Shown piece after piece: positions 1-10,019 of a stretch of DNA of 64,000 nt. This DNA is from Candidatus Kinetoplastidibacterium crithidiae (GTDB lineage: Bacteria; Pseudomonadota; Gammaproteobacteria; Burkholderiales; Burkholderiaceae_B). The position numbers and the translations under genes are program-made. How positions within the stretch are numbered: position 1 is the first letter of the stretch; each line of letters begins with the position of its first letter. The notes under the pieces were generated by a model. It had not been told where the DNA came from. It ran no database searches and worked only from the letters and a program-made list of their open reading frames with translations. Location of the stretch: the NCBI GenBank assembly GCA_027557655.1, contig CP064915.1, positions 719,808 through 783,807 of the forward strand. Direction: 5' to 3'.

Positions 1-712
1 AATCTATATTATTTACTATAATTTGCCCATCCAAGCTCTTAACCCAGAAACCACCTGCTATAAATAGCAAAGCTGTAAGCAAAGCAAAAACAACTCCTAA
101 TTTCCAAGCCCGATCCTGAATAATACCATCAGTTTTAATTGCTAAAAAAGCAGCTCCATGCGTTAACAACATAGATACACTTAAAAAGCCAGCTAACAAG
201 GCAAAAGGACTAAATAATTGCAAAAAAGAACCTTCATAAATCACACGAAGTGTAGACTGATCAAAACCTAAAGGAACTCCTAATATAACATTACCAACAG
301 CAACCCCAAATACAAGTGACGCAACCACTCCAGTAAATGATAATGCCATGTCCCATGAATTTCTCCAAGACGGAGATTCTAATTTGCTTCTATATTTGAA
401 AGCAACTGGTCTTATTATTAAAGCTACCAAAAGTAAGAGCATAGCCAAATAAAAACCAGAGAAAGCAGCTGCATATATTAAAGGCCAAGCAGCAAAAATA
501 GAACCTCCTGCAGTTATAAGCCAAACTTGATTACCTTCCCATACTGGCCCAACTACATTAATAACAACTCTCCGTTCATTATCACTCTTTGCCACGAAAG
601 GAAGTATAGCAACAATCCCTAGGTCAAAACCATCAGTTAAAGCAAAGCCAACCAACAAAACTCCCAACAGCACCCACCAAATTATCCGTAAGGTAGCATA
701 ATCTAAAAACAT
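1..712 (-). CDS. cydB: cytochrome bd ubiquinol oxidase subunit II (3' part runs off the window edge)
   Basis: Not in the ORF track because it is truncated. My translation from ATG 712..710 reads MFLDYATLRIIWWVLLGVLLVGFALTDGFDLGIVAILPFVAK..., a typical CydB N-terminus. The frame stays open to position 1. It lies 52 nt downstream of cydA on the same strand. Confidence 0.85.
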   Translation of the reverse strand, partial: MFLDYATLRIIWWVLLGVLLVGFALTDGFDLGIVAILPFVAKSDNERRVVINVVGPVWEGNQVWLITAGGSIFAAWPLIYAAAFSGFYLAMLLLLVALIIRPVAFKYRSKLESPSWRNSWDMALSFTGVVASLVFGVAVGNVILGVPLGFDQSTLRVIYEGSFLQLFSPFALLAGFLSVSMLLTHGAAFLAIKTDGIIQDRAWKLGVVFALLTALLFIAGGFWVKSLDGQIIVNNID

Positions 713-764
713 GATAGATTCCATAACAGTCTCTCTTTAATTATTGAATTTCATTCTATTTATT

Positions 765-2321
765 TTATCGAGAAGTTATTTCAGAAATAGAAACATCATC
801 TGCTAACATAGGCCCTTTTCTAATAGCATTCAACATAACTTTAAAGCCCAATATAAATAAAACCGTATATATTAATAAAAATATTGTCAAGCTAATTGAA
901 AGATCTAGAATTGTCAAACCAGAAGCAGCATAACAAGTAGGAAGAACTCCTTCAATAACCCATGGTTGCCTACCATATTCTGCAACCAACCAACCACAAT
1001 CTATTGCAATCCAAGGAAGAGGTAAAGTGAACAACGCCAATTTTAAAAGAAATTTAGATTTATAAAGTTTGTTCTTCCACGATAACCATAGAGATACTGA
1101 AAATAAAAGTATAAAATAAAAACCTAATAACACCATAATTCTAAAAGCATAGAACAAATAAGTTATTCCACCAGGAATTACATAAGAAGCTGCCTTATCT
1201 ATATCCTCGTCTGTTATATTATTAAAATCTGTTTTATAACGTTTCAATAAAAGGCTATATCCAAGATCACTCCAATGTTCATCAAATACTTTCCTTGCTT
1301 CATCATCTTGCGAATTAGATCTAATTTTTTCAAGTGCATTATAAGCAAGAAGACCATTTTTTATTCTAATCTTAGCTAACTCTACCAAATCATTAATACC
1401 AATTAATTTTTCATCTAAAGAACGAGTTGCTATGATACCCATAACGTATGGAATCTTTATCTCAAAATCATTCTTCCTTTTTTCTGCATTAGGCCATGCT
1501 AATAAATTAAAACCAGCTGGGGCAGGCTCAGTTTCCCACATGGATTCAATAGTAGCAAGTTTCATTTTCTGATGATCACTAGCTAAATAACCACTCTCAT
1601 CACCTAATATCACTGCTGATATAGAACCACAAAAACCAAATGCTACAGCCACAGCTACAGATCGCTTCGCGATATCTGTATATTTGTTTTGTAATAAATA
1701 CCATGCACTAATAGCAAAAACGAACACTGCACCAGTAATGTAACCAGCACTAACAGTATGGACAAATTTTGACTGAGCAACAGGATTAAAAAGCACAGCA
1801 GTAAAATCTGTCATTTCCATACGCATTGTGTCTGGATTAAAAACAGCACCAACTGGATTTTGCATCCAGGCATTCGCAATCAAAATCCACAAAGCTGAAA
1901 TGTTAGAACCTATTGCAACTAACCAGGTTACTATCAAATGACTGATTTTTGATAAACGATTCCAACCAAAGAAAAATAATCCTACAAAAGTTGCTTCTAG
2001 GAAAAAAGCCATTAAACCTTCTATAGCGAGCGGAGCTCCAAAAATATCACCTACATAATGACTATAATAGGACCAGTTCATACCAAACTGAAATTCCATC
2101 ACAACACCAGTTGCAACGCCAAGAGCAAAATTTATACCAAATAACGTACCCCAAAACATCGTTATTCGCTTCCATATCTCTTTGCCAGTAATTACATAAA
2201 CGCTCTCCATTATTGCTACTAATACCGATAAGCCCAATGTTAAAGGGACAAAGATAAAATGATAAAAAGCTGTGGCAGCGAATTGAAATCTAGACAGGTC
2301 AACTACATCAATATCAAACAT
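765..2321 (-). CDS. cydA: cytochrome bd ubiquinol oxidase subunit I
   Basis: ORF 765..2351. MFDIDVVDLSRFQFAATAFYHFIFVPLTLG and ALWILIANAWMQNPVG are CydA-like. Start moved to ATG 2321, which follows a GAGGGG Shine-Dalgarno. The track start at 2351 is a TTG extension. Confidence 0.9.
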   Translation of the reverse strand: MFDIDVVDLSRFQFAATAFYHFIFVPLTLGLSVLVAIMESVYVITGKEIWKRITMFWGTLFGINFALGVATGVVMEFQFGMNWSYYSHYVGDIFGAPLAIEGLMAFFLEATFVGLFFFGWNRLSKISHLIVTWLVAIGSNISALWILIANAWMQNPVGAVFNPDTMRMEMTDFTAVLFNPVAQSKFVHTVSAGYITGAVFVFAISAWYLLQNKYTDIAKRSVAVAVAFGFCGSISAVILGDESGYLASDHQKMKLATIESMWETEPAPAGFNLLAWPNAEKRKNDFEIKIPYVMGIIATRSLDEKLIGINDLVELAKIRIKNGLLAYNALEKIRSNSQDDEARKVFDEHWSDLGYSLLLKRYKTDFNNITDEDIDKAASYVIPGGITYLFYAFRIMVLLGFYFILLFSVSLWLSWKNKLYKSKFLLKLALFTLPLPWIAIDCGWLVAEYGRQPWVIEGVLPTCYAASGLTILDLSISLTIFLLIYTVLFILGFKVMLNAIRKGPMLADDVSISEITSR

Positions 2322-2569
2322 TAAATCGCCCCTCAATACAAAGATAAGCAAATAGATTTAGATAAAAATAGCAAGTATGCTAAAACATTGTCTTAAAAAC
2401 AAATTATTTAACAGAATATAATATAAAAACAATTCAATTTAAAACAGGAATATTATAACTTACCTTGCAATAATATTATGTTGTCTTATCACAATATATT
2501 AAAACAAAATTTAAAATATTATTAGTGACAAGCTATAACAAACTTTACTAAAATACATAAAATTTGACA

Positions 2570-3408
2570 TCACAGGATAAACCATCCAACTATATTAAAT
2601 AGAGAAATATTACGATAATAACCGTACATTTCAATATAGAAGCTAAGAATTTTGTTTATTTTTCGGACTCAAAAGTTGAATAAAAACAAACAAATATTAG
2701 ATTTTTATGTAATTTTAATTCGTAATATAAGTTATATCGCTATCATACAATAATTTTAAGTTATAGAACACATTAACAAATTAATAGATATAAATAATCG
2801 ATAAAATTATAAACGATAGTTTAAGAATTACAGCAACCAGAATATTAATAATTATACTATTACTAATCAGTTGGTCTCTGCTGTCTGAATATAATTATAT
2901 AGAAACAAGCGAAAAAATCTGTAAACAAAAAACTGTAGACACGAACTTTAAAGTAATCAAAACTGATTCTGAAGGATACATCAATAAAGTATTTACAGGA
3001 GATAGCATTAAACAGATAAATAGTCAAAATATTGAAGCTGTAAAACACAATATTATTATTATTTTGGAAAAATATTAAAATGTCTAATTTTAAATATAGA
3101 AATAACAAGAGCATTAGTGACAGATCCAAAATTCTTGCTACTACTATTTGAACCATTTGCTGGTATTTATCCTATTTCTATTGTCGAAATACAACATATT
3201 ATAAATTTTCTAAAAAAACCGCGGTCTAGGTGTATTAATCACAGATCATAATGCGAGATAAACACTAAAAATATGCAACAGAGCCTATATCATTAACAAC
3301 TGAAAAATGATAACTAGCGGTAGTCCTAAATAAATAGTAACAAATAATTCTGTAATAAAAATATACCTAGGGAATAATTTTTCAATTATAGTATCTACAA
3401 ATTTTTAG
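2570..3408 (+). pseudogene. lptB: degraded lptB (LPS export ABC transporter ATP-binding protein); frameshift plus three in-frame stops; 5' boundary uncertain
   Basis: My translation of 3093-3218 gives [42 protein letters not shown]. After an A7 run the match shifts +1, and 3220-3405 gives [51 protein letters not shown]. Both are colinear with E. coli LptB ...[95 protein letters not shown]. Stops are at 3259, 3301 and 3331. The LSGGE signature and Walker A are degraded. Confidence 0.7.
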
Positions 3409-3445
3409 ATTTATTAAATGACTTATTCTATTAGAGAGCACCGAT

Positions 3446-3745
3446 ATGGATATACAAATAATAGGAAAAAATATAGAAGTAACTCAAGCCTTACATGATT
3501 ATGTTTCTTGTAAGATTAACCATGCCATTAAACATTTTACAGACGTAAATAAAATTACAGTATCTCTTTTTATAGAAAATGAACAACATACTGTAGAAGT
3601 CAACATTAATGTAGACAATAAGATTATACACTGCAAAGCTTCTGAAAAAAACTTGTATACATCTTTAGATATAATTGCTGAAAAAATAGAAATAATATTA
3701 CATAAAAATAAAGAGAAGAAACAACTAATTAAACATATTAGTTAG
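3446..3745 (+). CDS. hpf: ribosome hibernation promoting factor / sigma-54 modulation protein family (short HPF)
   Basis: 99-aa ORF, MDIQIIGKNIEVTQALHDYV...VEVNINV..., with HPF/YfiA-like length and pattern. Its position between the lptB relic and hprK matches the proteobacterial rpoN-cluster order. Confidence 0.8.
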   Translation: MDIQIIGKNIEVTQALHDYVSCKINHAIKHFTDVNKITVSLFIENEQHTVEVNINVDNKIIHCKASEKNLYTSLDIIAEKIEIILHKNKEKKQLIKHIS

Positions 3746-4014
3746 GACAACGAATAATTTATATTATTATTCAATCATTATTGATTATAGACCATCAGCA
3801 ATTTCTTTGACAGGTATTAGAAACCAATATTCTTAATTATAAAATAATCAACTTGCTTTTATTTTATTAGGTCAATGAAAACTGGTCTGGAAAATATACA
3901 AACGTGTTGGATAAAATATCAAAACACTTACTAAATAATCGATATTCTAAGAATCAGAGAAAGAATATATCCGTTGCCATTTTTAAAAAATCAAAATACC
4001 TTTTATATATAACA

Positions 4015-4941
4015 ATGCTTACACTAAAAGAAATAATCGCTGATAATAATGAAGAAATTGGTTTTCAGTGGATTACAGGAGAAGAACATGAAAAATATAT
4101 ATCATATGGTGACAAAGCCTCTGCAACAAGTCTAATAGGACATTTAAATTTAATTCACCCTTCTAGAATCCAAGTATTAGGAAATGAAGAACTTGAATAC
4201 TATACTAGATTAGATATAAATAGAAGATTATATAACATTGAAGAATTAGCAGCTGGGAATGTTTCTGCAATATTAATAGCAAATAACTTACCTATACCAA
4301 ATGACCTAATAGAAAAATGCTCCTATTATAAAATACCTTTACTATCTACTAAAACTGATGCTGCGCAATTAATAGATTTATTAAGATCCTATATAGATAA
4401 AAAACTAGCACCTACTGAAATAATACATGGTGTATTCTTGGATGTATTTGGAATAGGAGTACTAATAATAGGAGAGTCTGGTCTTGGAAAAAGTGAACTT
4501 GCTCTTGAATTAATTTCAAGAGGTCATGGATTAATTGCAGATGATGCTGTAGAGTTATTTCAAATTGCACCAAATTTTATAGAAGGAAGATGCCCTTCAC
4601 TTTTACAAAACCTATTGGAAGTTAGAGGTCTGGGATTGCTAGATATAAAGACTATATTTGGAGAAATTGCAGTTCGCAGAAAAATGAGGCTCAAGTTGGT
4701 AGTACATTTGCTAAGAACTGTTGCCAATGATAATTATGAAAGACTACCACTTCAAAATAATATAACACAAGATGTTTTAGGAGTATCTATAAGAAAGGTT
4801 ATGATACAAGTTGCAGCTGGCCGTAATTTAGCAGTAATTGTAGAGGCTGCAGTTAGAGATATGATACTAAAAATGAGAGGAATAGATACTCTAAATGATT
4901 TTATAAACAGACAAGCTATCGCCATAATAAATAATAAATAA
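4015..4941 (+). CDS. hprK: HPr kinase/phosphorylase
   Basis: Walker A GESGLGKSELALELISRGHGLIADD and the LEVRGLGLLDI signature. Start moved from GTG 3904 to ATG 4015, giving 308 aa, the usual length. Confidence 0.85.
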   Translation: MLTLKEIIADNNEEIGFQWITGEEHEKYISYGDKASATSLIGHLNLIHPSRIQVLGNEELEYYTRLDINRRLYNIEELAAGNVSAILIANNLPIPNDLIEKCSYYKIPLLSTKTDAAQLIDLLRSYIDKKLAPTEIIHGVFLDVFGIGVLIIGESGLGKSELALELISRGHGLIADDAVELFQIAPNFIEGRCPSLLQNLLEVRGLGLLDIKTIFGEIAVRRKMRLKLVVHLLRTVANDNYERLPLQNNITQDVLGVSIRKVMIQVAAGRNLAVIVEAAVRDMILKMRGIDTLNDFINRQAIAIINNK

Positions 4942-4965
4942 CTATAACTTGATGATAAATAATTA

Positions 4966-5487
4966 TTAAATTCCAATATATTCCATAGACTTAACGTATT
5001 TTTTATATAAAAGATTCTCTCTATATAATAGAATCTTTTTGCGCCATAGTCCTTGTGAAAAACCTTTCAATCGTTTGTCCTTACCAATAACACGATGGCA
5101 AGGAATGAATATAACGATTGGATTTTTAGAAATTGCTGTACCTACTGAACGATATGCATGATTATTTCCTATATTTTTAGCTATTTCACAATAACTCACA
5201 AACATACCAAAAGATATACCACTTAAAGCCATCCAAACTTTTTTCTGAAAATAACTTCCATCTGGATTTAATGGCACACTAAAATTAGTTCTATCACCTA
5301 AAAACCATTGTCTCAATTCTACAATAGCCTGATCTAATAAGTTATCTTTTTGCATTTTTATCATAGAATGACTTTTAATCTTTTCAGATTTTTGATCTAA
5401 AAAATAAGCTTCCACAATACTAATTCCAGAAGAAACTATTCTTATAGGTCCCAAAGGAGTAAAGTCATCTTTATAAAACTTATGCAT
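4966..5487 (-). CDS. ogt: methylated-DNA--protein-cysteine methyltransferase
   Basis: 173-aa ORF with the active-site motif IPCHRVIG and an MGMT-type C-terminal domain. Confidence 0.8.
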   Translation of the reverse strand: MHKFYKDDFTPLGPIRIVSSGISIVEAYFLDQKSEKIKSHSMIKMQKDNLLDQAIVELRQWFLGDRTNFSVPLNPDGSYFQKKVWMALSGISFGMFVSYCEIAKNIGNNHAYRSVGTAISKNPIVIFIPCHRVIGKDKRLKGFSQGLWRKKILLYRENLLYKKYVKSMEYIGI

Positions 5488-6418
5488 TTTTAGACACTAA
5501 TTTAAGGGAATGCTCGTAAAGTCTGCTTTTAGAAATGCCTGTTGTTTTGGCAATCACCTTAACTATGTCACTCAGATATAATCCTTCTGAAATTAAAGAC
5601 AAGATAGCATCATCGAAACTTCTAATTAATTCCTCATCACTGTTATGATCTTGGTTAGAATGTATTATTACAACAAATTCTCCTTTATTATCATAAGTCA
5701 TAGCAAATTTTTCAGAATAATCTTGCAACTTAAAAGTGGAAATTTCTTCAAATTTTTTCGTTAATTCTCTCGCTATTGTTATATATCTTAATGGACCAAA
5801 TATATCAAGTAAATCCTTTAAACTGCTTATTATTCTATGAGGAGACTCAAACATTACCAAAGGAATATTTAGATTTTTATTTTTTTTAAAAAAACTCAGC
5901 CTCTGAATATGTTTAGTTGGAATAAATCCAGAAAAAATATAACAAGGATTATCATAACTTGTTATTCCAGCACCCATTAAGGCTGTTGTAACAGCACTAG
6001 CTCCAGGAATGGGCACAATCCTATAACCTTGATCTCTAACAATTTTGATAACCATTGAACCAGGGTCACTGATTACTGGAGATCCTGCATCAGATATTAA
6101 AGCTACTCTATTGCCTAGTTTTAATTCTTTACAAATTCTAACAGCAACTTCTTTCTCACTATATTTGTGTGCAGAAATCAATGTTTTTTTTATTCCATAG
6201 AAATTCAGTAGAATACTACTTACTCTAGTATCTTCAACAGCTATTAAATCCATAATATTTAAACAAAACAAAGCCCTCAAAGTAATATCCCCTAGATTAC
6301 CTATAGGGGTTGCGACTATATATAAAACAGATCGAGGCCAACTTTGTAAACTAATATGATCTAAAGAATTAACTATCTTATTTACATAAGCATCAGAAGA
6401 TTTTTTTTCACTTAACAT
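5480..6418 (-). CDS. rsmI: 16S rRNA (cytidine1402-2'-O)-methyltransferase
   Basis: LYIVATPIGNLGDITLRAL N-terminal motif of the RsmI/YraL tetrapyrrole-methylase-fold family. Its 3' end overlaps the ogt start by 8 nt. Confidence 0.85.
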   Translation of the reverse strand: MLSEKKSSDAYVNKIVNSLDHISLQSWPRSVLYIVATPIGNLGDITLRALFCLNIMDLIAVEDTRVSSILLNFYGIKKTLISAHKYSEKEVAVRICKELKLGNRVALISDAGSPVISDPGSMVIKIVRDQGYRIVPIPGASAVTTALMGAGITSYDNPCYIFSGFIPTKHIQRLSFFKKNKNLNIPLVMFESPHRIISSLKDLLDIFGPLRYITIARELTKKFEEISTFKLQDYSEKFAMTYDNKGEFVVIIHSNQDHNSDEELIRSFDDAILSLISEGLYLSDIVKVIAKTTGISKSRLYEHSLKLVSKNA

Positions 6419-6574
6419 AAACTTGAGCTATATATTCTGCAAATAGAAAAACAATAAATTTCATCAGGAACATTCAAACAAAACTATAATTATAGAATAA
6501 TTAGTTATAATCAATTTAAAAAGATCTATGACTAGATAAGTTCTAATAGAAATTACATATATGAAAATTACAAA

Positions 6575-7195
6575 ATGATATCAAACCAAAATAAATTTAT
6601 AAAACGTTATTTTAAACTATTTTTAATATTAATTATAACGTCATCATTATCAGCATGTTCATTAATGCCAGTTATTATTGGAGGAACAACATTAACAACT
6701 ATATCATTAGTAAGCGATAGAAGAAATATGCTCACTCAAATTGAGGATTGTGCTTTAGAAATAAAAATAAATAATGCGATTAATAATGTTTTAAAAAAGA
6801 ATAACTCTCAAAATTTTGCAATAAATGTAAGATCTTATAATAAAATAGTATTGATTACAGGATATGTAGAAAAACCATATGACATTGCACTTGCAGGCAA
6901 AACATCTTCTTCAATAAGCAATGATATTATGATAATTAATCAATTACAGGTCAGGAAACCTACTAGTTCTTTTGAGAAATCAAAAGAGAGATTCCTAGCT
7001 TCAAAAATCAAAGCATCTTTCTTAAAAGACAAAAATGTACCTTCTGCTACAATAAGTATTATTGCAGATCAAAAAAGAATATTCTTAATGGGAAAGGTTA
7101 CTAAACTTGAAGGAGAAAAAGCAGCTCGCATAGCTGCAAATACTAGTGGAGTAGAACATGTTATAAAATTATTCGAATATATAGATAATAAATAA
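6575..7195 (+). CDS. dolP: BON-domain outer-membrane lipoprotein (YraP/DolP-like)
   Basis: Signal peptide with lipobox LSAC (Cys28), followed by two BON-like repeats. Divergent from rsmI, echoing the E. coli yraL...yraP neighbourhood. Confidence 0.65.
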   Translation: MISNQNKFIKRYFKLFLILIITSSLSACSLMPVIIGGTTLTTISLVSDRRNMLTQIEDCALEIKINNAINNVLKKNNSQNFAINVRSYNKIVLITGYVEKPYDIALAGKTSSSISNDIMIINQLQVRKPTSSFEKSKERFLASKIKASFLKDKNVPSATISIIADQKRIFLMGKVTKLEGEKAARIAANTSGVEHVIKLFEYIDNK

Positions 7196-7423
7196 TAATA
7201 AAAGATAAACAATGCTTAACAAAAACTCATCCATCTTTGAAAACATTCAATATAATGTTTAATATCCCAGGTGATTAATGTTACTATTAGTTTATAACGA
7301 ATATAATATGAAGAATTACATTTCTAAACAGAAAAAAATATTTTATAATTATTCAAGTATCTTAGACAATTCATAGATCTCCATTAAACGAATTGATTTA
7401 TTAAATGCTTATATCTTTTTATT

Positions 7424-8320
7424 ATGAATGATATCCACAATAACATACAAAAAATTTCCTCAGAAATAAAAGCTTGTATTCTCTCTGAAGCGCTACCGTA
7501 TATTAGAAAATTCCACGGGAAAACCATAGTAATTAAGTATGGCGGTAATGCAATGACTGATAATAATCTACAAAGAAGCGTAGCAAATGATCTAGCACTT
7601 CTAAAACTAGTAGGATTAAAGCCAGTCTTGGTACATGGGGGAGGTCCTCAAATCGATAATGCTCTGCTTAAGATAGGAAAAAAAGGTTCCTTCATAGAAG
7701 GAATGCGAGTAACAGATTCTGAAACTATGGAGGTTGTTGAATGGGTTCTTGGTGGTCAAGTTCAACAAGATATTGTAATGATGATTAATGAGTTTGGTGG
7801 TAAAGCTGTAGGATTAACAGGCAAAGATGGAACATTAATTCAAGCAAGAAAAAAACTTATCCCTAGTAAAGAGAAAGCCAATGAGTTTTTAGACCTAGGA
7901 TTTGTTGGAGAAGTTGATAAAATTGACACATCAGTTGTAAAAGCGTTACAAAATGACCAGTTTATTCCAGTAATATCACCTATTGGTTATGGAGAAGACG
8001 GAACTGCTTATAATATTAATGCTGATCTTGTTGCTGGTAAACTTGCAGAAACATTAAAAGCTGAAAAATTAATTATGATGACTAATACAAGTGGCGTCTT
8101 AGATAAAAACGGAAAACTGTTAAGGAACCTTACAGAGATAGAAATTGAACATTTATTCAATGATGGTACTATTTCTGGAGGAATGATGCCAAAAATATCA
8201 TCTGCACTAGAAGCAACAAAAAACGGAGTTAACTCCGTTCATATAGTAGACGGCAGAGTACATCATTGTTTACTTTTAGAATTATTAACTGATCAAGGAG
8301 TAGGCACTATGATTTCATAA
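7424..8320 (+). CDS. argB: acetylglutamate kinase
   Basis: 298 aa. Motifs [18 protein letters not shown] and NINAD of the amino-acid kinase family, ArgB type. Confidence 0.9.
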   Translation: MNDIHNNIQKISSEIKACILSEALPYIRKFHGKTIVIKYGGNAMTDNNLQRSVANDLALLKLVGLKPVLVHGGGPQIDNALLKIGKKGSFIEGMRVTDSETMEVVEWVLGGQVQQDIVMMINEFGGKAVGLTGKDGTLIQARKKLIPSKEKANEFLDLGFVGEVDKIDTSVVKALQNDQFIPVISPIGYGEDGTAYNINADLVAGKLAETLKAEKLIMMTNTSGVLDKNGKLLRNLTEIEIEHLFNDGTISGGMMPKISSALEATKNGVNSVHIVDGRVHHCLLLELLTDQGVGTMIS

Positions 8321-8519
8321 ATGAATATTTTATGAAATTTTCTTAGCATTATATTAGTAAAATAAAAAATTTTTAGATATATATTTATCAACTTGTTTTG
8401 ATTAATATCAATAAAATATCTAATAAAATATCTAATAAATTTAGTTAGAAGTATTAAAATTAGTATTTTAGTTGTTCATTTCTTTTTAAACTTAAATTAA
8501 GCTGTATTGGAGAGTAAGT

Positions 8520-10010
8520 ATGACTAAGTCAAAAGCAATTCCTCCCTCCCCAGCGGGCAAATCTAAGCTTCCCATTGGATTATTAATGGGAGTCTTTGCT
8601 CTTATTGGGGTTCTTTTACTGCCTCTGTCCGGAGATCTTCCGGTAGCAGGGCATCGTATGTTGGCAATATTAGCTTTTGCTGTGATTGTATGGGTTACTG
8701 AAGCTGTTTCATATGAAGCTAGTGCGATAATGATTACAGTTTTAATAGCTTTCTTAATAGGAACAGCTCCTAATGTTAAAAATCCAGATGTGATATATGG
8801 AACATCAACAGCTATGGGTTTTGCCTTATCTGGATTTTCTAATTCTGCATTAGCATTAGTTTGGGGAGCATTATTCATTGCTGGAGCCATGACTTTTACA
8901 GGACTTGATAAAAGGATAGCTTTATACACTTTATCAAAAGTTGGAACCAGCACCAAACGCATTATGATTGGGGCTATAGCAGTAACAATTATACTTAGCT
9001 TAGCTGTTCCTAGTGCAACTGCAAGAAGTGCAGCGGTTGTACCAATCATGATGGGAATAATAACATCTTTCGGCATTAATAAAAGATCGAATATAGCCGC
9101 CGGAATAATGATAGTAGTTGCACAAGCAACAGGTATATGGAATATAGGAATTAAAACTGCCTCAGCACAAAATCTACTTACATCTGGATTTATGAGCAAA
9201 ATGCTAGGAGAGGCACCTTCTTGGTCTGATTGGTTCATAGCTGGAGCTCCTTGGTCAGCAATTATGTCAGTATTCCTAGTGGCATTAGTACTAAAAATGT
9301 TACCTCCAGAACCTGGTGGTATAACCTTTGGAAAAGAAGCTGTTGAGAAATCTCTGTTAGAACTTGGACCAATGACTTCTCCACAAAAACGTTTGCTACT
9401 AACATCTCTATTTCTATTATTTTTCTGGGCTACTGAAGGCAGTTTGCACAATTTTGATACCACATCAACCACATATGTAGGTTTAGTATTACTAATCATG
9501 CCTGGTTTTGGTGTAATGTCATGGAAAGATATACAATCTCGTATACCTTGGGGTACAGTTCTGGTATTTGGTATAGGTGTAAGCTTAGGCACAACCTTAC
9601 TAACTACAGAAGCAGGTCAATGGCTAGGAAGACAAGTGGTTTTAAATACAGGTATAGATCAACTCTCTCCTGTAGCTATCTTTGCTATTCTTGCTGCTTT
9701 CTTGATAATAATACATCTTGGCTTCGCTAGTGCTACAGCCTTAGCGTCAGCTTTATTGCCAATAATAATATCAGTTTTAACAACAATGCCTGGAGACTTT
9801 AATAGAGTAGGCATGACCATGTTATTAGGATTTGTTGTAAGTTTTGGATTTATTTTGCCAATAAACGCACCTCAAAATATGGTTTGTTTAGCTACAGAAA
9901 CATTCAATGTTAAACAATTCGCAATTATAGGAACAATTATAACCATAGTAGGTTACCTTTTAATGTTGCTATTTAGTGTTACTTACTGGCATTGGTTAGG
10001 ACTTTTATAG
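8520..10010 (+). CDS. polytopic anion permease, DASS/SLC13-like (ArsB/NhaD superfamily); substrate unknown
   Basis: 496-aa ORF with many Ala/Gly-rich hydrophobic segments. The family call rests on overall pattern only. The competing 366-aa ORF on the opposite strand is a shadow frame (see rejected list). Confidence 0.7.
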   Translation: MTKSKAIPPSPAGKSKLPIGLLMGVFALIGVLLLPLSGDLPVAGHRMLAILAFAVIVWVTEAVSYEASAIMITVLIAFLIGTAPNVKNPDVIYGTSTAMGFALSGFSNSALALVWGALFIAGAMTFTGLDKRIALYTLSKVGTSTKRIMIGAIAVTIILSLAVPSATARSAAVVPIMMGIITSFGINKRSNIAAGIMIVVAQATGIWNIGIKTASAQNLLTSGFMSKMLGEAPSWSDWFIAGAPWSAIMSVFLVALVLKMLPPEPGGITFGKEAVEKSLLELGPMTSPQKRLLLTSLFLLFFWATEGSLHNFDTTSTTYVGLVLLIMPGFGVMSWKDIQSRIPWGTVLVFGIGVSLGTTLLTTEAGQWLGRQVVLNTGIDQLSPVAIFAILAAFLIIIHLGFASATALASALLPIIISVLTTMPGDFNRVGMTMLLGFVVSFGFILPINAPQNMVCLATETFNVKQFAIIGTIITIVGYLLMLLFSVTYWHWLGLL

Positions 10011-10019
10011 GCTAAAAAT

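Noticed and set aside
2863-3156. 97-aa minus-strand ORF in the cydA-hpf gap.
   Set aside because: It is a low-complexity Phe/Ile/Leu/Asn-rich peptide lying antisense to the recognisable lptB remnant. It has no start context or motif.
8411-8439. A tandem 12-mer (ATAAAATATCTA, about 2.4 copies) upstream of the permease gene.
   Set aside because: It is a short, low-complexity A/T repeat of a kind common in AT-rich spacers. There are too few copies to argue for function.
8492-9592. 366-aa ORF antisense to the permease gene. It is strikingly long for AT-rich DNA and could be read as an overlapping or nested gene.
   Set aside because: It occupies the antisense frame in which a stop can arise only opposite sense TAN or CAN codons (Tyr/His/Gln) preceded by a codon ending in T or C. 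The sense protein is poor in those residues and rich in GCN/GGN codons, so the frame stays open by composition alone. The predicted product is low-complexity (Pro/Ala/Ile/Thr runs) with no recognisable motif. The sense ORF is longer and has a coherent transporter-like architecture.
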